Positions 9,752 through 20,630 of a stretch of 64,000 nt of DNA are shown one piece after another. Made by a program: the position numbers and the translations under genes. Each line of letters opens with the position of its first letter. Position 1 is the first letter of the stretch. Source of the DNA: an uncultured Chloroflexia bacterium (GTDB lineage: Bacteria > Chloroflexota > Limnocylindria > Limnocylindrales > CSP1-4); assembly GCA_963713975.1 (NCBI GenBank), contig OY970218.1, positions 640,001 to 704,000 on the forward strand, read 5' to 3'. Under the pieces are notes generated by a model. It did not search any database. It was not told the origin of the DNA and saw only the letters and a list, made by a program, of their open reading frames with translations.

Positions 9752-11320
9752 TCATCGGTCGCCTGGACGCGCGGCCGGCAGCTCGACCCGGAACACGGCT
9801 CCACCCTCGGGCCGGCTGGCGGCGGAGACGCGGCCGTCGTGTGCCTCGACGAGGGCTCGCACGATGGCGAGACCCAGGCCCGAGTGACCGATCCCGCGAT
9901 CCTGCCTGGCATCGGCGCGGTAGAACCGGTCGAAGACGCGATCCGCGCTGTCGCCCAGGCCGGGTCCGTCGTCCTCGACATCGACGCGCACCCAGCCCGC
10001 CACGGTCGTCGTCCGGATCCGCACCTCCCCGCCCTCGGGAACGTGGCGGATCGCGTTATCGACGAGCGCGGCCAGGACCTGCCGGATCCGGTCCGGATCC
10101 CCGGTCACCACTGCGGGGCCCGTCGCTTCTGCGAGCAGCCGCTGTCCATTGAGCGCTGCACTCGCGGCGAGCGCGTCGACCGTGGATGCCGCGGCCTCCG
10201 CGACGTCGACATCGATCCGCTGGAGCGGCAGCTCTCGGACCTCGGCCAGGGCGATCGTGCGAAGGTCGTCGACGATGCGCGAGAGGAGGCGCGCCTCATC
10301 CTGGATCGTCTCGATGTGCCGTCGATCAAGCTCGTATGCCCCGTCGAGAATGGCGCTCGCCGTGGTGCGGATGGCGGTCACCGGTGTGCCGAGCTCGTGC
10401 GCGGCGTCCTGAAGGAACCCTCGGCGGGAAACGTCTGCCTGCTGCAGCGACTCCGCCATGGAGTCGAACGCCCGGGCGAGCTCGCCGATCTCGTCCCGCC
10501 GCGTGCCGATCCCGGTGCGACGCTCAAGGTCCCCGCCGGCGATCGCCGACGCTGTGCGCCCGAGATCACGCAGCGGCCGGATCAGCGCCTCCGCAAGGAC
10601 TAGCCCGATCGCGATCGCGAGGACCGCCGAGATCGCAGCCACGAGCACGAGGATCTCCGACGTCCTGCGCTCGACCTCCACCCACGCCGTGTCACCGATG
10701 GCCGGCGATGGGCTCGGAGCAGCAGGCGCAGCCGATGGCGCAGCCGTGATCGCTCCGGACATCGCCGGCGCCAGGGCCAGCCGCGCGATCGCCGGCTCAT
10801 CCCCACGGGACCCCTGGCCGGTCGATGGCTGGGACGAGCCGCCCGGCGCCGCGTCTCCCCCGGGCGACGCGCCCGGACCCGTGTTTCCGGAGGCGCGTGG
10901 GCCGTCAGACGGCCGCCCACTCCGGTTCGGTGACGGGGACGGCTTCGGGAACGGCTTGTTCGACGGTGTCGGTGAGACACCTGTGGTCGCCCGGGGCGTG
11001 GGACGGGGCGTCACGCCCGGGGAGGGAGCTCCCGGCGCAGCGGACTGCGTCGCCGGTCCCGGAGGCAACGTGCCACCCGGGGACGGAGGGCCAGGTGGAT
11101 GTGGTGATGTTCCGGGGGGAGCCTCGGTCGGCGAGCCGTCCTGGGCTCCGGGCCCTGCTGGCGAGGAGGAGGCAACCGGCAGGTCCGCCGTCGGCGCCGG
11201 CGTCGGCAGGACTGGCTCGAGCCCGTACCGGACGACCACCGGGGTGGCGAGCACGGTGACGAGGGCCGTCGTGATCGCCACCAGGGCGAACGACAGCCCG
11301 AGCCGAAGCCGAAGGCTCAT
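9752..11320 (-). CDS. HAMP-HisKA sensor histidine kinase (BaeS-like) with Pro-rich extracytoplasmic loop
   Basis: Two TMs flanking about 180 aa of Pro/Ser/Gly-rich sequence; DEIGELARAFD HAMP; AHELGTP H-box; NAIRH, DDGPG, GLGLAIV. Confidence 0.9.
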   Translation of the reverse strand: MSLRLRLGLSFALVAITTALVTVLATPVVVRYGLEPVLPTPAPTADLPVASSSPAGPGAQDGSPTEAPPGTSPHPPGPPSPGGTLPPGPATQSAAPGAPSPGVTPRPTPRATTGVSPTPSNKPFPKPSPSPNRSGRPSDGPRASGNTGPGASPGGDAAPGGSSQPSTGQGSRGDEPAIARLALAPAMSGAITAAPSAAPAAPSPSPAIGDTAWVEVERRTSEILVLVAAISAVLAIAIGLVLAEALIRPLRDLGRTASAIAGGDLERRTGIGTRRDEIGELARAFDSMAESLQQADVSRRGFLQDAAHELGTPVTAIRTTASAILDGAYELDRRHIETIQDEARLLSRIVDDLRTIALAEVRELPLQRIDVDVAEAAASTVDALAASAALNGQRLLAEATGPAVVTGDPDRIRQVLAALVDNAIRHVPEGGEVRIRTTTVAGWVRVDVEDDGPGLGDSADRVFDRFYRADARQDRGIGHSGLGLAIVRALVEAHDGRVSAASRPEGGAVFRVELPAARPGDR

Positions 11321-11410
11321 TGCCGGACGTGGGAGCAGCTAGGCATGACGTCCGGTCGATGATCGGGAGGAGCGCCGGACACCGTCGATCCCATGCGTGA
11401 ACGCTATCGC

Positions 11411-11443
11411 GGGACGGCCGGCCCCGAAAGGTCCGACCGTCCC
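11411..11443 (-). terminator. GC-rich hairpin (terminator-like) downstream of the 11482-12072 gene
   Basis: Minus strand GGGACGGTCGGACCT-TTCG-GGGCCGGCCGTCCC stem with UUCG-like loop; no U-tract. Confidence 0.45.
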
Positions 11444-11481
11444 GTTGGAGGATCCCGGAGCGGGCCGACTACCCCGATCCG

Positions 11482-12072
11482 TCAACCTCCCTGACGCCCG
11501 TGGCCGCCGGGCTCGGGGCCGGGTGTGGCGGTCGGTCCCGCGCCGGCCTGGGCCTGGTTCTGCTCCCCGGCCTGTTCCCGGGTCTGCGTCTGCTCGCGGG
11601 CCGGGGCCTGCTTCGGTGTCGTGGCCGGGTCTCCGGTCTTGACCTTGGCCTGCGTTCGCGTCCGGGCCTGCGTCTGCGTGCCGGCCGACGTGCCAGCTTG
11701 AGTGCCGGCGGCGTCGCCCGACCCGTCGCGGTCCCGCTGCTGATCGCGGTCCTGGTCGCCGTCACAATCACCGTCGCACGCCTGGTCGCAGTCCTGGTCC
11801 CGGGCTTGATCCGGGTCCGTCGCCTGAACGCGGTCCTGGTCCTGTGCCAGGTCCGGGACCGGGATGACCGTCACTGGCTCGACGACGAGCGTGGCCCCGT
11901 CGTGCAGCTGGTCCTTGTCCTGCAGGTGGTCCTTGTCCGGCGTGCCGTCGCAGGAGATATCGCACGCGGGGGCGGCGCCCGGGACCCCGGTGCCCGCAAC
12001 CGCCACGAGGGCGCTTGCGCCGAGTAGCATCGCGGCGGCCGTGCCGGCGATTGCGGCCCTGGCTCTCATCAT
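11482..12072 (-). CDS. Secreted low-complexity protein with D/Q/R and Cys-Asp repeats
   Basis: N-terminal signal peptide; DKDHLQDKDQLHDG, DQDCDQACDGDCDGDQDRDQQRDRDG; GAGGTG RBS. Confidence 0.7.
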   Translation of the reverse strand: MMRARAAIAGTAAAMLLGASALVAVAGTGVPGAAPACDISCDGTPDKDHLQDKDQLHDGATLVVEPVTVIPVPDLAQDQDRVQATDPDQARDQDCDQACDGDCDGDQDRDQQRDRDGSGDAAGTQAGTSAGTQTQARTRTQAKVKTGDPATTPKQAPAREQTQTREQAGEQNQAQAGAGPTATPGPEPGGHGRQGG

Positions 12073-12221
12073 CTGTCACCTCTGGACTTCATCGGCGACC
12101 CCGGTCTCCACCGTCGGAGGCGTGTCGTCGATTGGACGATCCTTGCAGCCGGGCGTGCAGGGACCGCGCACGCGGTGTCGAGGTTGTGTCGAGGAATCGG
12201 TGATCCGTGCGTCGCCGGAGG

Positions 12222-12770
12222 CTAGCGGTCCACTCGGAACGGGCCGCCGTGCCCGGGGATCACGATGTCGGCTGCCGCCAGGACGCGAGCGCGGTGGGTC
12301 TCGATCAGGGCCTGGTCCGCCCCGAGCGGGTCCACCTCAGGGGTCCGGTCCTCGCGCCACCAGAGGTGGGTCATGGCGTAGACGGCATCGTCCGCCTCCA
12401 CGACCAGCGTCGCGTCCTCCTCCGTGTGGCCCGGCGTCAGCCAGAGCTGGCTCCTCGGGGCCAGGCGGTAGCCATCGCCGTCGTGGTCAAGCCAGAGGTC
12501 GTCCTTGTAGCGGGCCCAGAAGTCCACGACCTCCGCGTTGGGGAAGAGGGCGATGTTGACGGTGTGGTCCGGGTGATGGTGCGAGAGGAAGACGTGAGTG
12601 ACGGCCTCCGGCGCGACGCCCAGCCCGACGAGGGGTTCAAGGATCAGCGACCGCCGGGCGACCATCCCCGGGTCGACGACGATGAGGGCATCCGCGTCGC
12701 GGACGAGGACGATGGATGAGCCCACGCGGTCGCCCGCGTAGCCGGCATGGAGCAGGTGCACGCTGGTCAT
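12222..12770 (-). CDS. MBL-fold metallo-hydrolase
   Basis: VVDPG, SHHHPDH, TPGHTEED, IPGHG. Confidence 0.9.
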   Translation of the reverse strand: MTSVHLLHAGYAGDRVGSSIVLVRDADALIVVDPGMVARRSLILEPLVGLGVAPEAVTHVFLSHHHPDHTVNIALFPNAEVVDFWARYKDDLWLDHDGDGYRLAPRSQLWLTPGHTEEDATLVVEADDAVYAMTHLWWREDRTPEVDPLGADQALIETHRARVLAAADIVIPGHGGPFRVDR

Positions 12771-12902
12771 GCGCGCAGGGTAAGGGCACGGGCGCCGAGC
12801 CGGCGATCGTCCCGCAGGCCGCGCCGACGCGGTCCACGAGACCCGGCGCAGCCCACGAAACCTGCCCCGCGGAACCGGCGACGGACTGTCATCCTGCGCG
12901 CC

Positions 12903-14552
12903 ATGCCGAACGATGCCCACGCCGACCTCGTGCTGACCGGGGGACGGATCTTCACCGCCGACGCCGCCAAGACCTGGGTGGAGGCCCTCGCCGTGCGGGG
13001 CAGCCGCATCGTCGCCCTCGGGGGCGACCGGGACGTGCGCCCGCTGACGGGCCCCGGGACGCGTGTCATCGAGCTGCGGGGCCGGACGGTGACCCCCGGC
13101 TTCGGCGACGCCCACGTGCACCCGCCGATGGCCGGCCTCGCCCGAATCCGCTGCGAGCTGCACGACAGGCGCGGCCTGGATCAGTACCTCGAGACGGTCG
13201 CGGCCTACGTCCGCAGCAACCCGGACGAGCCGTGGATCCTGGGCGGCGGCTGGACCCTGTCCGACTTCCCCGGCGGCCTGCCGCGCCGCGAGGACCTGGA
13301 CCGCGTCTGCCCGGATCGTCCCGTGTTCATGCCCAACCGCGACGGACACGACGCGTGGGTGAACTCGAAGGCGCTCGAGATCGCCGGGATCACCGCCGAC
13401 ACTCCGGACCCCGACGACGGCCGGATCGCCCGGGACCCCGACGGAGCGCCGCTGGGCACGCTCCACGAGGGTGCGATGAGCCTGGTGGATCGCCTCGTGC
13501 CGTCGGCCACGGCCGCCGACCTGCGGCGGGCGACCCTCGAGAGCCAGCGGTACCTGCACTCCCTGGGGATCACCAACTGGCAGGACGCGTGGGTCACCCC
13601 CGTCGAGGAGGAGGCCTACCGGGCCCTCGGCGACTCGGGCGAGCTGACTGCGCGCGTGGTCGGCGGCCTGTGGTGGGAACGCGAGCGGGGCATGGAGCAG
13701 ATCGAGGAGCTGGTCGAGCGCCGCGGGCGCGGACCGGCGGGCCGCTTCCGCCCGACCAGCGTGAAGCTGATGGTCGACGGGATCATCGAGAACCAGACGG
13801 CGTCGATGACCGAGCCGTACTTCGATATCCACGGCCACGCCACCGACAACCGTGGCATCGACTTCATCGATCCCGAGCTGCTCAAGGATGTTGTGGTCCG
13901 CCTGGACGCCCTCGGGTTCCAGCCGCACTTCCACGCCCTGGGCGACCGCGCGGTCCGGCAGGCGCTGGACGCCGTGGAGGCCGCCAGGATCGCCAACGGC
14001 TGGTCCGACACTCGGCCGCACCTCGCCCACCTCCAGGTGGTCCACCCGGACGACCTGCCCCGGTTCCGGAAGCTCGGCGCGCTCGCCAATGCGCAGCCCT
14101 ACTGGGCCGTGCTCGAGGACCAGATGGAGGAGCTGACCCTGCCGGTCCTGGGGCCGGTCGTCTCGGCGCGCCAGTACCCGTTCCGCTCGCTCCGGGCGAA
14201 CGGCGCCACGCTGGTCATGGGCTCCGACTGGAGCGTCTCCACGCCGGACCCGTTCCTGCAGATGGAGGTGGCGGTGAACCGGGTCTCCGATGAGGGCCGG
14301 GGGACCGCCGCGCCGTTCCTCCCCGAAGAGCGGCTGGAGCTCGTCGACATCCTCACCGCGGCCACCGCCGGCTCCGCCTATGCGAGCCACCTGGACGAGG
14401 CGGGCGTGCTGGCGGTGGGGCGCCTCGCCGACATCGCCATCCTGGACCGGGACCTGTTCGACTCGGCCGAGGGACCCATCGGCGAGACCCACGTGCTGGC
14501 GACCTTCGTCGAGGGCGTGGCCGTCCACGAGGCAGCGGGACTGGGGGCCTGA
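12903..14552 (+). CDS. Amidohydrolase 3 family protein (YtcJ/NfdA-like)
   Basis: PGFGDAHVH, DGHDAWVNS, KLMVDG, HALGDRA, GSDWSV, G.LAVGRLAD. Confidence 0.9.
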   Translation: MPNDAHADLVLTGGRIFTADAAKTWVEALAVRGSRIVALGGDRDVRPLTGPGTRVIELRGRTVTPGFGDAHVHPPMAGLARIRCELHDRRGLDQYLETVAAYVRSNPDEPWILGGGWTLSDFPGGLPRREDLDRVCPDRPVFMPNRDGHDAWVNSKALEIAGITADTPDPDDGRIARDPDGAPLGTLHEGAMSLVDRLVPSATAADLRRATLESQRYLHSLGITNWQDAWVTPVEEEAYRALGDSGELTARVVGGLWWERERGMEQIEELVERRGRGPAGRFRPTSVKLMVDGIIENQTASMTEPYFDIHGHATDNRGIDFIDPELLKDVVVRLDALGFQPHFHALGDRAVRQALDAVEAARIANGWSDTRPHLAHLQVVHPDDLPRFRKLGALANAQPYWAVLEDQMEELTLPVLGPVVSARQYPFRSLRANGATLVMGSDWSVSTPDPFLQMEVAVNRVSDEGRGTAAPFLPEERLELVDILTAATAGSAYASHLDEAGVLAVGRLADIAILDRDLFDSAEGPIGETHVLATFVEGVAVHEAAGLGA

Positions 14553-14565
14553 GCCCTCCCGACAC

Positions 14566-16131
14566 TCAGCCCCCGCAGCAGGGCACGTCCGGGAAGGCGA
14601 AGACCTGCGCCCAGGTGCTGCCGTCATCGGCTCGATAGAGGGTCTGCGTCTCGTCCATGATGTCGCGGACGATCACCATGCCGCCGCCGTGGCCCGTGGC
14701 GTCGGCAGCCACCAGCTGGCGATCGCTCCCATCGACGACATCGAGGGACGTCCACGTCAGGCCCCCATCCTCGGTGGCCAGCAACGGGGACTCGACGCCC
14801 CACAGCCAGCCGGTGCCGTCGGCGCTGATGTCGAGGTGCATGCCCGTGCCCTCGTAGGGAGCGTAGCTGGGCTTCGCCCAGGTCCGTCCGCCGTCGGTCG
14901 ACCGATGCAGCTCCTTGAGCGCGATCCCGTCGGCCGCATCCCCCTCACACAGGACGACGACCGTGTCGCGATCGAGCCGGGCGACGTCCGTCGTGTTGAG
15001 CAGACCGCACGGGTGGCGGATCGTGCGCCACGTCTCGCCCCCGTCATCGGTCAGGGCGAGGTCTGGCTGCACGAACCCGGGCCTGGTCTCGGGCAACTCG
15101 GCCGACACCATCAGCGCCGCACCGAAGTCGCCCGAGAACGAGAGCGCCACTGGCCAGGCAACATCGACGTGCGCCCAGAGCCGCGAGTCGGCGTCGAAAC
15201 CGTAGAGGCCCGCGCGACAACCGTCGTGACCACCGTCGGGGCACGTGACCCCTGCCCAGGCCCCGCCGTTGCCGGTGACGGCCAGCGCCGTGATCGTCCC
15301 GAGACCCAGGCTCTCGGTCCGCCACGTCGCGCCGCTATCGGTGGTCTCCAGGATCACTGCATCGAACGGCTCCGTGCGCCAGGCGGTGAAGCCGTGCTGC
15401 GCATCGGAGAAGGCCGCACCCAAGGGGATCGCGACATCGGCTGGGGTCACCAGGTCGTCCGAGATGCTCCCGGCGAAGGTCGCCGGATCCACCGGTTCCG
15501 TGAACTGCAGCTCGACGGCGTAGATGAAGCCGATCGCATCGCAGGCCGGAGTGGGCGGAAGGTGCAGGCTCATGGTCCGGCCGTCGCCCGTCACGTCCAG
15601 CCGGCCCCGGTAGTCGCAGGCGCTGCCCACCCATGACGCCACGACCGACTGGTCGTCACTGCCAGGGCCGAACGCGAGCACGGACCCGCGTGGCAGGTCT
15701 CCGGACACGGGTCCTCCGGACCAGCTGCCGGCGCCGGTCAGGGTGTCCGACGATTCCGAGACGACCAGGTCCATGCCCGGCAGCCCGATCCCGGGCGCAT
15801 CGAGGTGGACGTCGAAGTACACCTGGGGCACGGCCGGCTGGGTGGTCGGCTCCGGCGTTTCGGAGGCGGCCGACGCGGGACTCGGTGGTGCTGATGCCAT
15901 CGGCGACGGCGACGGCCCTGGGCTTGCCACGATCCAGGCGAAGGCCGTCAACGCCAGCACGGCCGTTGCCAGCACCGCGGCGGCCGCCAGCCAGGGCGAC
16001 ACCCGCGGGGCCCGCGGCGGGCGCTCGTCCCGGATCGTGCGCATAGCGTTCGCCGCCAGCCCGGCGGGCGCGTCCGCCTCCCCCAGGTCCTCCAGGAAGG
16101 CATCGACCCTGTCCCTGTTCCGGGCGGTCAC
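14566..16131 (-). CDS. Putative transmembrane anti-sigma factor with extracellular BNR/Asp-box repeats
   Basis: GTG start overlaps sigma stop; short cytoplasmic N-terminus, one TM, Pro linker; TxDGGxTW repeats (TTDSGATW, TDDGGETW, STDGGRTW, TEDGGLTW, ADDGSTW). Confidence 0.7.
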   Translation of the reverse strand: MTARNRDRVDAFLEDLGEADAPAGLAANAMRTIRDERPPRAPRVSPWLAAAAVLATAVLALTAFAWIVASPGPSPSPMASAPPSPASAASETPEPTTQPAVPQVYFDVHLDAPGIGLPGMDLVVSESSDTLTGAGSWSGGPVSGDLPRGSVLAFGPGSDDQSVVASWVGSACDYRGRLDVTGDGRTMSLHLPPTPACDAIGFIYAVELQFTEPVDPATFAGSISDDLVTPADVAIPLGAAFSDAQHGFTAWRTEPFDAVILETTDSGATWRTESLGLGTITALAVTGNGGAWAGVTCPDGGHDGCRAGLYGFDADSRLWAHVDVAWPVALSFSGDFGAALMVSAELPETRPGFVQPDLALTDDGGETWRTIRHPCGLLNTTDVARLDRDTVVVLCEGDAADGIALKELHRSTDGGRTWAKPSYAPYEGTGMHLDISADGTGWLWGVESPLLATEDGGLTWTSLDVVDGSDRQLVAADATGHGGGMVIVRDIMDETQTLYRADDGSTWAQVFAFPDVPCCGG

Positions 16132-16664
16132 GGCCGAATCCTCCCCACGTCCCGCCGCAGTGCCTCGAGCGCGGTGTTCAGGCGCGACTTCGCCGTCCCC
16201 TCCGGGATACCCAGCACCTCGCCGCATTCCCGGATCGAGAGCCCGGCCGCGTAGTGGAGGGCGATCACCTCGCGCTGCTCCTCGCCGAGTCGCCGGAATG
16301 GCGGGCCGACCACTGCACGCGCCTCGACCACTCCAAAGCCGTCCGCGGGATCGGCAACGTGATCGACCGTCATCGCGTCCATCGGGATCTCGCGTACCCG
16401 GCCGGATCCACGGACCGCCGACCGGCAGCGGTTGATCGCGATCCGGTGCAGCCAGGGCCCGAACGACCCCGGGTCCCTCAGCTTCGGCATTCCCCGCCAT
16501 GCGGCGACGAAGACCTCCTGGGCCAGATCCGGCGCGCCCGCGTCGCCGACGTAGGCCCGAGCGAGCCGGTAGACAGATGTCTGCTGCGCGGTCATTAGCG
16601 CCTCGAACGCGTCCATGTCGCCGAGCTGTGCCTGCCTGACGAGATCGGTCAACCTGCCCTCCAC
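16128..16664 (-). CDS. ECF (sigma-70 group 4) sigma factor
   Basis: AQLGDMDAF, DLAQEVFVAAWR, F.PWLHRIAIN, LGIPEGTAKSRL; exact start uncertain. Confidence 0.9.
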   Translation of the reverse strand: MEGRLTDLVRQAQLGDMDAFEALMTAQQTSVYRLARAYVGDAGAPDLAQEVFVAAWRGMPKLRDPGSFGPWLHRIAINRCRSAVRGSGRVREIPMDAMTVDHVADPADGFGVVEARAVVGPPFRRLGEEQREVIALHYAAGLSIRECGEVLGIPEGTAKSRLNTALEALRRDVGRIRP

Positions 16665-16711
16665 AGGACCAGACGCGCGCGATCCCCGAACTGTTCGCTC
16701 TCGGGGGTGAT

Positions 16712-17329
16712 CTATCGTCGGCCAAGGTCCTCCGGTGTGTCCACGTCGCGGAGCGTGTCCGCCCGGGGATCCACGGCGCGCCAGGCGGCAGACGGGACCA
16801 CGGCCGATCGCACCACCCCGAGGAGGCCCCGCAGGCTCCGTCGGTCATCCACGAGGAGAGCCGCGGCGGCCGGAGCCAAGAGCGCGGGGCGCACGGCTGC
16901 GGGCAGCATGGAGATCGGGTCAGTCTCCAGCCTGGCGACCCCCAGGGACCGGTCCGCGGCGAGGGTCGCCGCCAGCAGGCGGAGGACGTCCGGCACGAGG
17001 GCCGGCATGTCCCCGGCGATCACGAGCGCGACCTCGACGGGGGGCGCGTCTCCGGGCTGCGCGAGGGCGGCCAGCCCTGTGGCCAGCCCGGCGAGCGGGC
17101 CCTGGTGGGCCACGGCGTCGCGCGCGACCCGGACCTCGACGCCCGGGCCCTGGGTGGTCGGCGGCACTGGGTCCTCGGGCCCGATCACGACCACGACCAG
17201 GTCCGCGACACTCACCGCCGCCGCAAGCGCGTGGTCCAGCAACGGACGCCCGCCGAGGGGTGCTGCGAGCTTGTCGCTGCCGAAGCGCGACGACGCGCCA
17301 CCGGCGAGCACGATGGCCGCGGTCCTCAT
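16712..17329 (-). CDS. mobA: Molybdenum cofactor guanylyltransferase
   Basis: IVLAGGASSRFGSDK, QGPLAGL, AGDMP, DVDTPEDL; translationally coupled to selB. Confidence 0.85.
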   Translation of the reverse strand: MRTAAIVLAGGASSRFGSDKLAAPLGGRPLLDHALAAAVSVADLVVVVIGPEDPVPPTTQGPGVEVRVARDAVAHQGPLAGLATGLAALAQPGDAPPVEVALVIAGDMPALVPDVLRLLAATLAADRSLGVARLETDPISMLPAAVRPALLAPAAAALLVDDRRSLRGLLGVVRSAVVPSAAWRAVDPRADTLRDVDTPEDLGRR

Positions 17330-19245
17330 GACGGACCCGTCCCCATGGTCGCGTCGGGGGCGGCCGCCCGGACGCGCATCCGCGCGGTCGCCTTCGGGCC
17401 AAGCACGTGGCCGGCGTCGGTCCGTCGCAGCAGTCCCCGCCGGTCCAGGTCCTCGAGGATCACGAGCACGAACCGGCGGCTGGTCCCGGTCGCGTCGCGG
17501 AACGCCGCCGGGGTCAGCGGCGACGCGGCAGCCATCACCAGTGCCTGCCTGACCAGCCCCCGATAGGTGTCTGCAGCCCAGGCCAGATCGTCCTCGAGCC
17601 GCACGATCCGGCCCGATGCCTCGAGCGCCTGGACGCCGGCGGGCGGGCACCCGGCCACGCGCGCCGCGTCTGCGAGGGACGGTGGCGCGGCGACGGACAG
17701 CGCGAGCTCCACGCGGTCCATGGCCGCAAGCGTCGCCGGCGGCAGACCGGCGGCGTGATTGGCATCGCGCACCAGGTCCCCGTCACGGGCCAGGGCTCCG
17801 CTGGTCACGAGATCGCCGAGGACCTGGCGGGCGATCTCGTCGGCGCCGACGCGGCTCAGCGTCACCAGGCGCCGCACCGCGAGGGCGAGCCCCTGGCGGA
17901 AGATGGCCGCGCCGATCCCGGGAGCGTCCGGGGCGCTCGCGTGGTGGTCCCCGACCGTGGCCATCGCCCAGGCCTCGAGCGCAGCCGCCACGTCCGGGGC
18001 AAGACTCCAGCGCGGACCCGACCGGATCGCGCCGTGCAGGTCCCGGCGGGCGTCCACATCGCCGATCGCCTCGGCCATCGCCGCGGTGCGCGCGGCCGTC
18101 ATCCGGCGGCGGGAGACGCCGCGCGGGGGCAAGGGGTCCAGGACGATCCCGCCACCTGCCGTCGAACCCGGTGACGGTCTCCGCAGCGCAAGCCGGTCGC
18201 CCGCGGCGGCCGCGATCGGCGTGTCCAGGCGCAGGATGCCCAGGCGCGAACCGTCCGGCAGGTCGATCGCCTCGCGTGGGCCACGCACGACGAGCGCCGC
18301 GGCCTGCTCCGTTCCCAGGTGCAGGCGGAGCCGATCCCGGTCAGCGGGACCTCCCGCCGTTCCCGCCTTACCGCCCGCCACGCCCGCCGGTCCTCGCAGG
18401 CCCGCCGGCGGTCGCATCGCCACCAGCAACCGCGACGTCGCCACGACCGACGGGTCGGCGGTCAGGACCTGGCCACGTCGCAGGACCCCGGGCTCGACGC
18501 CGCCGACGAGGAGCGCCGTCCGACCGCCATCGGCGCCTTCGAGGGTCACGCCCCGTTCCTGCACCTCCCGGACGCGGACCTCGTGGCCCTCCGGGAGCAG
18601 CCGGAGCACATCGCCGGCCGCGACGCTGCCACCGCGCAGGCTGCCGGTGACGACGGTCCCCCGTCCCTTGACCGCGAACACCCGGTCGATCGCCAGCCGT
18701 GCCATGCCGCCGCCGGCACCAGCCCCCCTTGCGGACGCGGAGCCACCCAGCGCCGCCAGCGCGGCGCGCAGCGCATCGATCCCGAGGCCCGATCGCGCGC
18801 TCACGGCCACGACCGGGGACCCGCCAAGGCTGGTCCGGCCCAGGAGGACGCAGACCAGGGCCGCGACCTCATCGACACGCGCCTCGTCGACCAGATCCGC
18901 CTTCGTGACCGCGGCGATCCCGAGCTCGATCCCGAGCGCGTCCAGCAGCTCGAGATGCTCCAGCGTCTGGGCATTCGGCCCATCGTCGGCGGCCACGACC
19001 AGCAGCGCAGCATCGATCTCGCCCGCGCCGACCAGCATGTTGCCCACCAGCCGGTCGTGCCCGGGCACGTCCACGAAGTCCAGGACGGACCCGTCGGGCA
19101 GCGTGAGGTGGGCATACCCGACGTCGATCGTCATGCCCCGGCGCTTCTCCTCGGGGAGACGGTCCGCGTCGATCCCAGTCAGCGCGCGCAGGAGCGTGGT
19201 CTTGCCGTGGTCGATGTGGCCGGCCGTGCCGACGACGACGCTCAT
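17326..19245 (-). CDS. selB: Selenocysteine-specific elongation factor
   Basis: [47 protein letters not shown]; C-terminal winged helix [16 protein letters not shown]; ATG at 19245. Confidence 0.95.
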   Translation of the reverse strand: MSVVVGTAGHIDHGKTTLLRALTGIDADRLPEEKRRGMTIDVGYAHLTLPDGSVLDFVDVPGHDRLVGNMLVGAGEIDAALLVVAADDGPNAQTLEHLELLDALGIELGIAAVTKADLVDEARVDEVAALVCVLLGRTSLGGSPVVAVSARSGLGIDALRAALAALGGSASARGAGAGGGMARLAIDRVFAVKGRGTVVTGSLRGGSVAAGDVLRLLPEGHEVRVREVQERGVTLEGADGGRTALLVGGVEPGVLRRGQVLTADPSVVATSRLLVAMRPPAGLRGPAGVAGGKAGTAGGPADRDRLRLHLGTEQAAALVVRGPREAIDLPDGSRLGILRLDTPIAAAAGDRLALRRPSPGSTAGGGIVLDPLPPRGVSRRRMTAARTAAMAEAIGDVDARRDLHGAIRSGPRWSLAPDVAAALEAWAMATVGDHHASAPDAPGIGAAIFRQGLALAVRRLVTLSRVGADEIARQVLGDLVTSGALARDGDLVRDANHAAGLPPATLAAMDRVELALSVAAPPSLADAARVAGCPPAGVQALEASGRIVRLEDDLAWAADTYRGLVRQALVMAAASPLTPAAFRDATGTSRRFVLVILEDLDRRGLLRRTDAGHVLGPKATARMRVRAAAPDATMGTGPS

Positions 19246-20630
19246 CCGCCCGCGGCCACGAGCAAGTGGATCGCCCGCACGATGTCGCCATCGCCATGGC
19301 GCGGAACCGTCCGGAGATCGAACAGCACCTCCCCGCCCTCGGTGCGCGCGAGGATCCGTGGCTCGCCCTGCCGGAGCGCCGCCGCAGCGCGCGCCGCCGA
19401 CCGTACCGGCACCGCCACCCCGAACGACGGGAGCGTCTGTCCCGGCAGGGAGCCCCCACCCACGGGCGATTGCAGCGCCACGACCCGCAGGTCCGGCTCC
19501 TCGCCCCCGACCCGACACAGGCCGCGGATCCACTCGGCGCGGACGCGCAGCTCCTCGGCGTCCAACCCGATGGTCCGCCAGACGGGGATGTCCATCGCCG
19601 CCCGCCCGACGACGTAGATCCCGAGCGTGGTCGCGACCGCGGCAAGGATGGCCTTGTCCGGGCGGACGGCCCTCGCGAATGGATCGCGGCGCATCCTCGC
19701 GACGAGGTCGCGCCGTCCCACGATCAGCCCGGCCTGCGGCCCACCGACCAGCTTGTCGCCACTGAACAGGACGACGTCGGCGCCCGCGGCCAGCCGCTCG
19801 GCGGGCGTGGGCTCGTGGGCCAGCCCGAACGTGGCCGTGTCCAGGAGCGCGCCGGACCCGAGGTCGTCGATGACGATGGCGCCATTGCGGTGGGCAATCT
19901 CGGCGACCTCGGCGAGGTCCGCGGCCTCGGTGAAGCCCTCCATCGCGAAGTTGGATGGGTGGACGCGCAGGACGACGCTCGCCCGTCCCTCGGCCAGCGG
20001 CGCCTCGAAGTCCGCGGCGCGCGTCCGGTTGGTCGTCCCGACCTCGACCAGGCGGGCACCGGCCCGGGCCACGATCTCCGGGATCCGCACCCCGCCCCCG
20101 ATCTCCACGAGCTCGCCCCGCGAGACCACGACCGACCCGCGCCGGCCGGCCAGGCCCACCGCCAGCAGCAGGGCGGCGGCGTTGTTGGTCACGACCATCG
20201 CGTCCTCGGCACCGGTGAGAGCGACCAGGTGCTCCTCCGCGGCACGGAACCGCGGACCGCGACGGCCGGTCCCCTCGTCCAGCTCCAGGTAGCCGTAGAC
20301 GGACGCCCCCGCGATGGCCGCCAGCCGCGCGGCGCGGGGCCACGGCGCCCGGCCGAGGTTGGTGTGCAGGATCACGCCGGTCGCGTTGATGACGTGTGGC
20401 GGCATCGCCAGACCGGGCTCGTACGCGTCGTCGATCAGGGCGACGACCGCGTCGGCGAGCTCCTCCTCGCTGCTGGGCGGGGCGTCCGCCGCCAGCCGCG
20501 ACCGCTCCGCCTCGACGACGCGTCGGGCGAGCGCCGTCAGCCTGGCAGGCTCGGACACCTCGACCTCGAGCCGCACGATCGCCAGCAGGCGCTCCACGCT
20601 GGGCGGGACGGGGCGGTCCGGCACGCTCAC
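19242..20630 (-). CDS. selA: L-seryl-tRNA(Sec) selenium transferase
   Basis: [64 protein letters not shown]. Confidence 0.97.
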   Translation of the reverse strand: MSVPDRPVPPSVERLLAIVRLEVEVSEPARLTALARRVVEAERSRLAADAPPSSEEELADAVVALIDDAYEPGLAMPPHVINATGVILHTNLGRAPWPRAARLAAIAGASVYGYLELDEGTGRRGPRFRAAEEHLVALTGAEDAMVVTNNAAALLLAVGLAGRRGSVVVSRGELVEIGGGVRIPEIVARAGARLVEVGTTNRTRAADFEAPLAEGRASVVLRVHPSNFAMEGFTEAADLAEVAEIAHRNGAIVIDDLGSGALLDTATFGLAHEPTPAERLAAGADVVLFSGDKLVGGPQAGLIVGRRDLVARMRRDPFARAVRPDKAILAAVATTLGIYVVGRAAMDIPVWRTIGLDAEELRVRAEWIRGLCRVGGEEPDLRVVALQSPVGGGSLPGQTLPSFGVAVPVRSAARAAAALRQGEPRILARTEGGEVLFDLRTVPRHGDGDIVRAIHLLVAAGG

